Source: Eledone cirrhosa
Lineage: Eukaryota
DNA length: 64,000 nucleotides
Reading direction: 5' to 3'
NCBI GenBank assembly: GCA_964016885.1
Contig: OZ024745.1
Location: 19,964,001-20,028,000 of the forward strand
The notes under the pieces were generated by a model. That model was not told where the DNA came from. It did not search any database and saw nothing but the letters and a program-made list of their open reading frames with translations. Below are positions 52,986 through 64,000 of this stretch, piece by piece (the stretch's first letter is position 1; the number at the start of each line of letters is the position of its first letter). A program made the translations under genes and the position numbers.

Positions 52986-55900
52986 TTTTTATGAAGATGA
53001 CTTTTTTTTAAACTTTCCAAAAGGGATTATAATTTGAAAAACTTGTTATATAAATTGTTCTCAACATTCAAGTGAAGATACTAGATATTCCTAGACACTG
53101 CATCACTATTTGGAGAACACCTCCAATTTGGACAATTTCTTAAATTTATCAAAATGTTAAAGTAAGCTTTTATTCCTTCTAGTATGTATTTCTTGGTTTT
53201 CTCACAATGAATCCATTTGTTTTGTCTTTGTCTGTTTTGCTGACACATACACGCCTGTTCCAAAGCTATTGTCTGCTAGTTGGCTGGCTTTTCTCAGAAT
53301 GGGTCCAGTGGGTTTTATTTATCTTCCTGTTTTGCTGACACATGCATGCCTGTTCTAAAGCTATTGTCTACTAGTTGGCTGGATCAAAGAAGTTTTTGTT
53401 CTTCAATACAGGAAATACTGTTATGTTTTTATTTGTTGGTAATTTTCTAAAGAAAGAAAGTTTAAAACGTTTAATAAGAATAGAGGTTAGATTGTGAGCA
53501 CATTGTTTAAAAGTGATAGATGGAATACTGTCTTTACACAAATTTCCCACCATCTGCTTGAAATGATCAAAGATGTTTGTATATGGGGGTTGTGTATATG
53601 TAGTGGTGGGAGCAAACAAGAAAAAGAAGCCTCTGGGCCCCCCCCCCAATGCTCTTTAATCCTTTTTGCTATTCAAGCATAGACTAGTTCTGTAAAATCA
53701 TACGTTAATATGAATTATTAGATTCTTTTTACATTTTGATGCTGTGCATAAAGTGAGCCACTGAACCATGTATTGAAAGTGGTATTTGTTCACTGGTGTG
53801 TAATGTAATGAGAGAATACAATATTTGTGTTAGGAATATAATCCATGCTTCTAACCAATTCCAGCAGCCTATCCACACAGGCACTGAACTTTTGTTAAAA
53901 TTTAAAATCTGTGGGTGCATACGCTAGTGTGCATGTGCACTTGTCATGACGAAAGAGAATGCCTAACCTAAACCTATTGCATCAAGGTTGAATATTTTTG
54001 AATTGATGTAAAATTTGACATCACATCTTTACCAGTAATTGTGTAGGAATATTTCAATAATTGAAAACAAATATATTCATGAAATACTATTTATAAATAA
54101 ATATAGAGTTCTCAAATACTGAATTCTGATATATACATTTCTTCACATCTATATAGATTGTATTACTTTTCTTTTTCTTTTTTAAATTGTTTTACCTTTT
54201 TTTTTTAAAATCTATAAACAACATTGTTAAATATTTGTTTCTTTTGTTAAATTTGATTCCTAGAATATAGATTATGGAATGTGAATAACATCATAAACTG
54301 ATCTCTGTTGTCATGTAATGCAAAACTCAAATACCTCAATAATTTAATGATATCAGCCCCCCTCTCTGTCAATATACTGATTGATGTAACAAATGATTAT
54401 AGATATGACCTTGCAAAACATATTTAGAATGTTACCACATAGCTATTTCATCATAATCATCATCATCATCACCATTTAACATCCATTTTTTTCCATGCCA
54501 GCATGGGCTAGATGAATTGTATGGACAGAAATGAAGACATGAACAAAAAAAAAAACAAAATTTTTTTTTTTAAATACTGAAATTTCAATAAGACTCAGTC
54601 ATGGTAATTCTTCTGTAACAGTATGGTTAAAGGTGGAGAATTGGTAGAGTTGTTAGAATACTGGATAGAATGCTTTGCAGTATTAATTCTGGTATTTATG
54701 CTCTCTGAGGTAAAACTTTGCCTTTCATCCTTTCGTAGTTGATAAAAAAAATGTACCAGCCCAATACTGGGGTTGATTCTTCCTCTAGATCTTTCTCACC
54801 CCCCCCCCCTCCTCTCGCTCTCTTTCCCTCCCTGGAAGGAATCAGCTGTGTTCAGAGCTGGAGAGAGAATGGGCACTACCAGTTGTTTAGAGTGCCCCGT
54901 CTTATGTCATGTTGGTGCTCATATGGTACTGCCATGAGTTACAGACTGATAAATTTGCAACAGTATGACTGGGAAATATATTTTGTTTTCCAAAAACAAA
55001 TTTCAGAGAATACTTCCAATGATTTATATAATATTTTCTGAATATTTTTGTGACCAAAGATAGTATGTATGGTCCCGCCTGTAACTCCTTACTCGTAAGG
55101 GCACTGTATTGACATACAGTGTTCCTAAGGTATTTTAAAACCTGGTGTAGCCCATCTCCTTTCCATCTGAATACAGCAAATTTCTTCCAGAAAAGGATAG
55201 AGGTTGAGGGAATGGAACTGAAAAAGAGATATAGAGGAAGAATCAACCCCGGTACTAAACTGCAACTTTTTTCATGGATGAAAGGCAAAGTTGACCTCAA
55301 CAGGATTTGAACTCAGAGAGCAGAAATGAATACTACAAAACATTCTCTCTATCTAACATTTTAATGACTTGGCCAATTTGCTGCCCTATAAAGATAGAAT
55401 AATAATTGTATATTAGATTATTAGTCGCATTTTTTTTATTGTAAGCTCATTAATTAATATTTAAAAGGGAAAATAAAGCCAATAAATTTTGCATTTGACT
55501 TATTTTAAAAAAGATATTGGACCATTTTTAGAAATCAAATTTTAGACTATTACATTCTCTCTTCATTCAAACAAAAATACAATGCAAATTGCATGGTAAA
55601 TCTTTATACACAAAATACTTATGGCTTTAATTTTTATATTAAATTGATGATGATGATGATAAATGTGTAAACAAGCTTCTTTAGATTCCTTGTTTATTAT
55701 GTCAAAAGGTTGAATCACTTAAATGAAAAGAAACATTATCATGTCACTTTTGAATATTAACATATTTAGTGTATTTTTTTCTAATTAATATTTCTGTAAC
55801 TGTATGTGATTGTAATGTTTTCTTTGTGTAACTAGTCACACAATAAAGATAACTTGTTTAAAATATTGCTGATTTAAGATAGAGATATTAGCCTTAACTT

Positions 55901-57109
55901 AGTGTTTCAGATAACCTTTAACTCAAAAGTATAAATAGCCATGTCATATCTTTTGGTATTCAGCTTGTAAAGTTTGTTGTTATATGTCCATATATGGTGA
56001 TTCAAAGAGAAAAAGAATGAGGTAGTTCATCAGCTTGATTTTTTTTTATTATAACAATCTTTTTCAATATATTTTGAAATATTTTGATGCCAACCTGCCT
56101 GAAACCACTCCCTCGTTCTATCATACAATACTGAAAATGTTTATATTTATCCCAAAAAACTTTACATCATAATTTTACGTAAGAATCTTTGTGAAGCTAT
56201 GCTCCAAACACTAGCTTCATCCTCCTCATCATCATCACCGTTTAACGTCTATTTTTCAATGCTTGCATGGGTTAGAACGGTTGTTCATGTTATGAGACAA
56301 GTCTGGCCAATTAGCCACACCATACCTTGCTCAAATGGAACTGTATTTTGGCTGGGATTTTTACAGTTGGATGCATTTCCTAACACTAACCACGTTTACA
56401 GTAGCTTAATAATGAGGAATTTGTTTTAGCAAATGGGTCTGGATTTTTTATTATTTTGAAGTATTTTTTAAACATTAGAAGTATGGTAATGAAAGGGTTA
56501 AACTCTATTCTTGTCCTAATTGAGTATGGTTGTGAGTGAAGCCAATTAGTATACAGATGAATGTGTACAAATCAAATAAGCTAACTAATCAACCAAAGTA
56601 ATACTGTGTGTATTTGTATATTTATTTATATATAGGTCTGTAACTTTTTCAAATTTACATGTACACACAATGCATTTCCTATATCAGTCATGTTTCTACA
56701 ATGAGAAATTTGCTTTCCCATCACATAGTTATGGGTTCTAAGCCTACATCTGTCCCCATAAATAATTACCCATATATTTAATCCTGGATATGAATTGTAC
56801 ATATATTCTGAACCTTTATGTAATTGTATCCTAGAAATATATTAAAATATTGTTCTTGTCTTTAAGCACTTCCATGTGTCAGTAAAAACATAAACTATGG
56901 GTTTTCTCTTATGCAAACCATTAACGCTTTAGCATTTACACTACTCTGTATTTACTATTGTATTTTCATGGTGAAGGCTTTACCTCACATAATTATTTCA
57001 CCTATGAGATTTTGATAGTATTTATTTTGAGAACAATACCTTAACATCAGTATGAGTGACATGCTATAGCTGGCTTGAACAAAGAGAGGTAAATTTATCA
57101 AAACGCAGA

Positions 57110-57258
57110 CATACACACACACCACACCACACCACACACACACCACACCACACCACACCACACCACACCACACCACACCACACCACACCACACCACACCA
57201 CACCACACCACACCACACCACACCACACCACACCACACACACACACACACACACACAC
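57110..57258. repeat. (ACACC)n / (CA)n microsatellite
   Basis: Direct reading. Confidence 0.95.
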
Positions 57259-57633
57259 TTTATGGCATAGATTCACTAGTGTTTTTAAATAATGTACAAG
57301 TTACTTAACATCAATATTTTATTGAGAAAAGTTGTAATTGATGAGAGTAATAACATACCACAGCACTTAAACATGTTGGCAATATCTGTATCAACAGTCT
57401 GAGTAGCTGTTTTATGTTCTTAGAAGATTTTAAGATAAAGAAAAAAAACAAAAAAAAACCCCAAACAAAATGCTGCTAAACTATATAATTTGAAATCACG
57501 CTTTTGCTACAGTCTGTTTTTCTTGTCATTTTCCTTAGTTCAATCACACTTGCTGAACTCCCGAGAAGATCAATACATGCTGTTGAAACAGTTATCTATA
57601 GCCTGATTTAAATTTAGGTTTTGCAAGTTTATT

Positions 57634-57709
<76 letters not shown>

Positions 57710-58496
57710 TCATTTTATTAAGGCTGAATAGTGAGTCTATTTGACCTTAATAAAATGATTAAAACTCTACTTCATACGGCATCTTTGTATTTTTCACAAT
57801 AGGTGTTGTATTTCAATAAGATTTTACTAGTATTTCTGAAGTCTTGGAGCTACAATTGTTATTTAATATATCTTTGGATGTACAATGAACTGATATTTTT
57901 AGACAGAAATATCTAGTTTGTAATGTGGGGAAGGGATTTATTTGTGATTGAAATTGGGACTGAAGCAACAATTGTCTCTTCTAATTCACCTAGTACACTC
58001 TGTAAAGTAGTTGGTGTTAAGAAGGGCATCCAGCTATGAGTCATATTAGCAGGATGATGTGAGCTGTCTAGTCTCGAACTGACAACCTGTCCAACCCATG
58101 CTAACTTGTAAAATTTTTATGAATTTAAAATATTTTATGTTTTTGTATCCACTTTTCGATATTGACAGGGATTAGATGGGATGTCTTGAGATAATGTTTT
58201 ACAGCCGAACAGCCTTCCTGATGTCAAACCTTTTAATTCCTCACATGACATGCATGGATACAGTGTACCTATTCTAAAAACCATGATATACATGGCAATA
58301 TACAAATATAATTTCAGTGTATTTCGGCTGTGGTCAAAAACAAAGCGAAACACAATTTTCGAGATATGCGGCAAGCGCTCAATGGACTAAAAATCTGAGT
58401 TTTTTGAATATTAATAATAATATTCGATTTGTTTGCAAATATGCAAACAAGCCTCATTTTTAAAGCCATGTCAGTAGAATGAGCCCCTTATTCATA

Positions 58497-58676
<180 letters not shown>

Positions 58677-58932
58677 TTATATATCACGATAAATTAACGG
58701 AGCCATAGACTCTCGTTATTCCCTGTCAATAATGTGCTCAAAGGAAAAGGAATCCTGAGCTCTTTAAAATACAATATGTTGAAAAGGTACCACACTAGAG
58801 AGAGAGAGTGTGCCATCAATAAAACAGGGGAGCCACCAGTGTATGGAATCTATACTCTATGGAAGGCGGGTAGACACACAATAATTAAAAATATAAATTA
58901 AAATGTATATACGCACTCTATAATTATATAAC

Positions 58933-59015
58933 ACACACGTACAAATCCAAAGAGATCTGTTTCGCCAGAAAGTTGTTGACTGAAATGGAATAACCTATGG
59001 TTCATCAGCACGTGC
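58933..59015 (-). ncRNA. Type I hammerhead ribozyme with long stem III, inside element 58685-59097
   Basis: Minus strand: GCACGTG-CTGATGA-ACCA...TGGC-GAAAC-AGATCT-CTTT-GGATTT-GTA^CGTGTGT; A-C mismatch at the base of stem II. Confidence 0.72.
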
Positions 59016-59097
59016 AAGACTATACATTCCAGACAACTGTAAGAGAATCTAAAGCGACCGTCCAGCTACACACGGCAGAGAAATGTCAGAGCGTGTT

Positions 59098-59555
59098 TAA
59101 TCTGATCACCTAGGTACCGGAAGCTATCAACCACTTCTATAGCACCCACCTGCATTTGAAAAATGTGTCTATCAATGCAGCTTCTACTGTCAAATTTCCC
59201 TGTACATCTACTGCATCCGCATTTCTCCATACCTCTTAGTTTGCCTGCTATCCCACTATATCTCTTGTGTACCCAAGATCTGGATTGTGTACATTTTATG
59301 GAATTTATGCCAGTTCCTTTCCTACATATTGAACATGGCCATTTCCCTGACAGAATCAGTTTTGTCCTCTTTTCTACTCATCAATACTTTTGTCTTAGCT
59401 AGGTTCACTCTCAGTCCTTTTGATTCCAACTGCTGTTTCCATAGCCAGAATTTATTCTCTAGCTCTTCTACTGATTCTGCTACAAGAACCAGATTGTCAG
59501 CATAGAGAAGTTCCCATGGACAGCCAGTCTTAAACTCCTCTGTTATGGCTTGGAG

Positions 59556-59559
<4 letters not shown>
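59098..59559 (-). mobile_element. Internal fragment of RTE family 2
   Basis: VLQAITEEFKTGCPWELLYADN...FRYLGDQI; homologous to about 46598-47060, frameshifted. Confidence 0.9.
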
Positions 59560-59601
<42 letters not shown>

Positions 59602-59603
<2 letters not shown>

Positions 59604-61036
59604 AGGGCGGGTAAAATTCCCGAGATCCATGGACGAGATCTCTCCAGCGGTCTCTGTCCCTCATTATCGCTGCCATGTCCTGCGTCTCTAACAGACCAGT
59701 GTCTGTCCTTAGGGCATCAACATACGTTAACCTTGGTCTTCCTCTTCCAGTGTGTCCATGTAGGGGCTCCCACAGGAGCACTGAGTGCAATGTCAACTCT
59801 GGATGTCGGTGAGCATGTCCAGCTAACCTCAGTCTCCTCTGTGTCACTTTTGGGAGGCTCCCATACAGCTCTGAGTTTTTCATGCTCAGTGTATACTGAT
59901 TAATGTTCAGAGCCATCCTCAGCATTCTCGTGTAGCACCCATCCACCATCTGAGTGAGTTTCTTGGTCAGTGTCCAAGTTTCAGACTCGTACAGCAGCAC
60001 AGACTCCATTACAGCAATGATAGAGAAGATCAGAAGTGTGGAGAGAGCGGTTGACAGGTCTGGATGTAAGGAGAGCTGGATGATTATCAACAAAATCACA
60101 GAGAGGAAGAGGTGTTCTAGTCAGATCTAGGGAACAGGGCCCGAGGATAGGAAGAGGAAATGGCTAGACCATTATAGGACCCTACTAGGAGAGCCGCCCT
60201 CCACAGCCCAGAGCACTGGGGAGATCAGGCGGCTGTTTCAAGAACTGGATATTGAGACAGAGCCCTTCACCAGAGAAGAGCTTCAGAGAGCCAAGAAGAA
60301 GATCAAGGAGGGCAAGGCTCATGGAGAAGATGGAGTGGCATCAGAGGTGATGAAGAGGTCTGATTTTGATGATATCATCCTGGGGTTCTGTAACCAGGCA
60401 CTGGAGAAAGGAGTTGCCCCGAATCAGTGGAGGATCAGTAACATCGTCCCAGTGCCAAAGAAGGGAGATCTCTCTAACACCAACAACTACCGGGGGATCT
60501 CACTGACGTCACTTGTGGCAAAGACCCTCAACAGGATGATTCTTAACAGGATCCAGCCTGAGATGGAGAAGAAGCTCAGGGACAACGAGAATGGCTTCAG
60601 AGAGGGAAGATCAACCACCAGTCACATCCTGATGCTGAGGAGGATATTAGAGGGAGCTAGAGCAAAGTGCCTTCCTGCGGTCATGGTTTTCATTGACATT
60701 AGGAAGGCCTTTGATTCTGTGGACCGTCACTGCCTGATGAAAATCTTACAGGCTTATGGAATCCCCAAGAAGATAGTGGACCTGATATCACTGCTCTACA
60801 CCAACACACAAAGCCCAAGTCATTACACCTGATGGGATGGCAAAGTTCTTTGAGATACTGGCTCCAGGGAGATACATTGGCTCCCTACCCTTTTATCATC
60901 GTAGTGGACTATTGTATGCGCCTTGCACTGGAGAAACACCAGGACTCTGGCTTTACTGTAGCACCGGCTCAGAGCAGGAGAGTTAAGGCGAAAAAGATAT
61001 CGGATTTCTGAATTTGCCGATGACATAGTTTTGGTG

Positions 61037-61040
<4 letters not shown>
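59602..61040 (-). mobile_element. Third RTE-like LINE with 5' inversion
   Basis: 59602-60016 (-) encodes the C-terminus VLLYESETWTLT...GRGRPRLTYVD; about 60017-61040 (+) encodes NYRGISLTS, FIDIRKAFDSV and FADD; (TA)n on both sides. Confidence 0.88.
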
Positions 61041-61074
<34 letters not shown>

Positions 61075-61639
61075 TAAGTAGATTATATGAAAATCATTAT
61101 TTTTCATACCTAGTAGATTCTTTATTAACTGTCCAGACATAATTTTCATACAACTTTGTGGGATTAAATTAATGATGTTTTTCGCTTACCTACTAGTATG
61201 AATATTATCATCACTGTTGAAAGTCTATTTTCCATGCATGGGTTAGACAGGTCGTCACATTTTGAGGCTAGATTCGTCAGGTGACTATGTTTTGCTCGTT
61301 GGTTTCTACACCAACCACATTACAGCATGTACCACGAGCATGATTTCTATGGCTAAATGCCTTTCTTCATGCCAACCACTTTACAGTGAATACTGGGAAC
61401 ATTTATTGTTGCTGTGGCATCTCCACCTTCCAGATTGGACTGGGTACTTTTGTTGTGGTTCTAGCACATCTGCTCTCTAAATGATTCCTTGCTAATACAC
61501 ATTCCCATTACCAAAGAGTTCTGTTGTAATGACACCCACGTTTATACTATATACGTCAGTTGATATATACAACAAGTTTTATAAAAAAAAATATTCATCT
61601 TCTGAGAGTCTAGGTAACATTTAAAAAGAAAAGTCCTAA

Positions 61640-61885
61640 AGGCTCATTAGGCTGGTGCTTATCCTGGTTTTCGTGACATTAAGCAACTGAGAGTACAAGA
61701 CCCTCCCACCAGTCCATCTCAGAGTTAAACCCCTCACTATTGCTGGCACTCATGTTCAGCTGAATATAATGGAGCAACATGAAATGAAGTGTTTTGCTCA
61801 AGAACACAACATACAACCCAGTCCAGCAATCAAACTCACAACATTATGATTGTAAATCCAACACCCTTACCACTAGACAACATCC
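61640..61885 (-). mobile_element. Older tRNA-derived SINE related to family B
   Basis: GGAGCAACATGAAATGAAGTGTTTTGCTCAAGAACACAAC central domain and a tRNA-like head. Confidence 0.7.
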
Positions 61886-61918
61886 ATTTATTTAATTAAT
61901 TATTTAATTAATTATGAT

Positions 61919-64000
61919 TGGGAGAAAGACAGTCTCCCCCACATCGACCCAATAGAGGGACCAGCAGTGTTAGTCCAGGGTAGTACAATAAGCAAGGCAA
62001 TCAAAGATATGAAGACGGGTAAGGCGGCTGGTCCTTCGGAAATAGTTGCTGAGATGCTGAAGGCATCTGGTTCGGTGGGACACACCATGGTCACCCGGAT
62101 AGTTAACCAAGTCGTACAGAATGGGGTTGTTCCGAAGGACTGGCGTAGCAGCATCATCGTTAACTGCTATAAGGGAAAAGGAGATGCCCTAGATAGGAGT
62201 AACTATAGAGGCATTAAATTAATCGACCAGGTCATGAAGGTCACGGAAAAAGTAATAGCGCAACTAATCAGAGAGAGAATTGATCTAGATGAAATGCAGT
62301 TCGGATTTGTGTCAGGCAAAAGTACCACAGACGCTCTTTTCATTGTACGACAACTACAGGAGAAGTACCTAGCTAAAAGTAAACCCCTATACTTAGCTTT
62401 CGTCGACTTGGAGAAAGCCTTCGACAGAGTCCCCCGTTCCATTATCTGGTGGTCTCTTAGAAAACTAGGTGTTGACGAATGGCTTGTGAGAGCTATACAA
62501 GCCATGTATAAAGAAACAGTCAGTAAGGTTAGAATTAACAACGAATATAGTGAAGAGTTTAGCGTAAAAGTTGGTGTCCATCAGGGCTCTGTTCTTAGCC
62601 CCCTACTATTTATTATTGCCCTTCAGGCTATAACAGAGGAGTTCAAGACCGGCTGCCCATGGGAACTCCTATACGCAGATGATCTAACGCTCATAGCTGA
62701 ATCAATGACCGAACTAGAGAAGAAATTCCAAACATGGAAGCACGGCCTAGAATCAAAAGGCCTTAAAATTAACCTGGCTAAGACAAAAGTTCTAGTTTGT
62801 AGGAAAGAAAATATGGCGGCAGTCCCATCTGGGAAATGGCCATGCTCAGTGTGTAGGAAAGGCGTAGGTAGAAACTCCATTTTATGTCCCAAATGCAAAG
62901 TATGGGTGCATAAAAGATGTAGTGGGATCACAGGTAAGCTAACTAAGAACATAGATTTTACATGTGGCCGGTGCTCTGGTGCAATAAGTAGCAGCAAGTG
63001 CCCACAAAATACTAGCTCCTTCAACTGCGCAGAGGGTTCTATAGAAATAGTGGACAGCTTCCGTTACCTGGGTGACAAAATCAGCAGTGGGGGAGGGTGC
63101 TCTGAAAGTACAGTAGCTAGAGTCAGAACTGGATGGAAAAAGTTCAGAGAGCTTATACCACTATTAGCCGCTAGAGGGTTCTCCCTAAAAATGAAAGGCA
63201 GGTTATACGATGCCTGCATACGAACAGCAATGCTGCATGGCAGTGAGACCTGGGCATTGTGTGCAGAGGATATACGCAGACTAGAGAGGAACGAAGCTTG
63301 CATGCTCCGCTGGATGTGCAATAGTAATATACGTGAACGGCAAAGCATAAACGAACTAAGGAAAAAATTAGAAATAAGAGGGATCAGATGTTGTTTACTC
63401 GAGAGAAGGCTACGTTGGTACGGTCACGTGATGCGCATGAAAGACGACAGCTGTATAACAAAGTGCAGGGCAATAAAGATAGACGGTAGCCACGGAGTAG
63501 GCAGACCCAGAAAAACATGGGACGAGCTGATAAATTCCGACCTCACACGCTTACACCTCTCCAAGACAATGTCACTGGACCGAGACCTTTGGCGGTACTC
63601 AGTAATAGAGAAGACCCGCCTTACCTAAATACAAAGTAAAAACCTACTACAGTCAGTAGGCATCTCTATCAAAACACCCCCCCGTCCCACCACCTCCACC
63701 CCATCCACACCGCCCCTTTCAATGTACAGTTATGTTGGTCCCACAACATCCATGCCGAAACAAATGAGATCGTGTAGGTGTCACGACAAAAATCACACAG
63801 TCCACGCTGTAAATGTGGCCGTGTAGGCAACACGGTAAAAACCTCCCAGCCCCACACTGTAAATGTGGTTGGTGTTAGGAAGGGCATCCAGCTGTAGAAA
63901 ACCCGCCAGACAGTCCACGCTGTAATGTGGCCGTGTAGGCAACATGGTAAAAACCTCCCAGCCCCACACTGCAAATGTGGTTGGTGTTAGGAAGGGCATC
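61919..64000 (+). mobile_element. RTE-clade LINE family 1, 5' truncated, with open RT ORF (61967-63628); 3'UTR runs off the window
   Basis: 553-aa ORF with all RT motifs; near-identical to 42406-44507 in opposite orientation. Confidence 0.96.

Noticed and set aside
50398-53385. Small local duplications (39 bp at 50398; about 55 bp at 53231 and 53327)
   Set aside because: Ordinary slippage-type duplications with no associated structure.

Overview
AT-rich, repeat-dense metazoan DNA, most likely an octopus or other coleoid cephalopod (inferred from the SINE and RTE repertoire). Most or all of the window is intron of a + strand casein kinase 1 gamma (CSNK1G/gilgamesh) gene. Only two small coding exons are present (15849-15889 and 36081-36150), and the ORF track misses both. 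The rest is tRNA-derived SINEs, several RTE-clade LINE families (two with a PHD-type C4HC3 finger inside the RT domain), TTAA- and TA-type MITEs, and micro- and minisatellites. The main hidden signal is a set of six non-coding elements, mostly bounded by (TA)n microsatellites, that carry seven type I hammerhead ribozyme motifs. I see no shared sequence between these elements outside the ribozyme core. Two are one monomer plus a terminal direct repeat (periods about 595 and 640-656 nt), one is an inverted pair, and one has a compensatory U3-A8 core variant. This fits a Penelope-dependent retrozyme / circular RNA system. All folds were read by eye and catalytic activity is untested. Boundaries of degenerate repeats are approximate.
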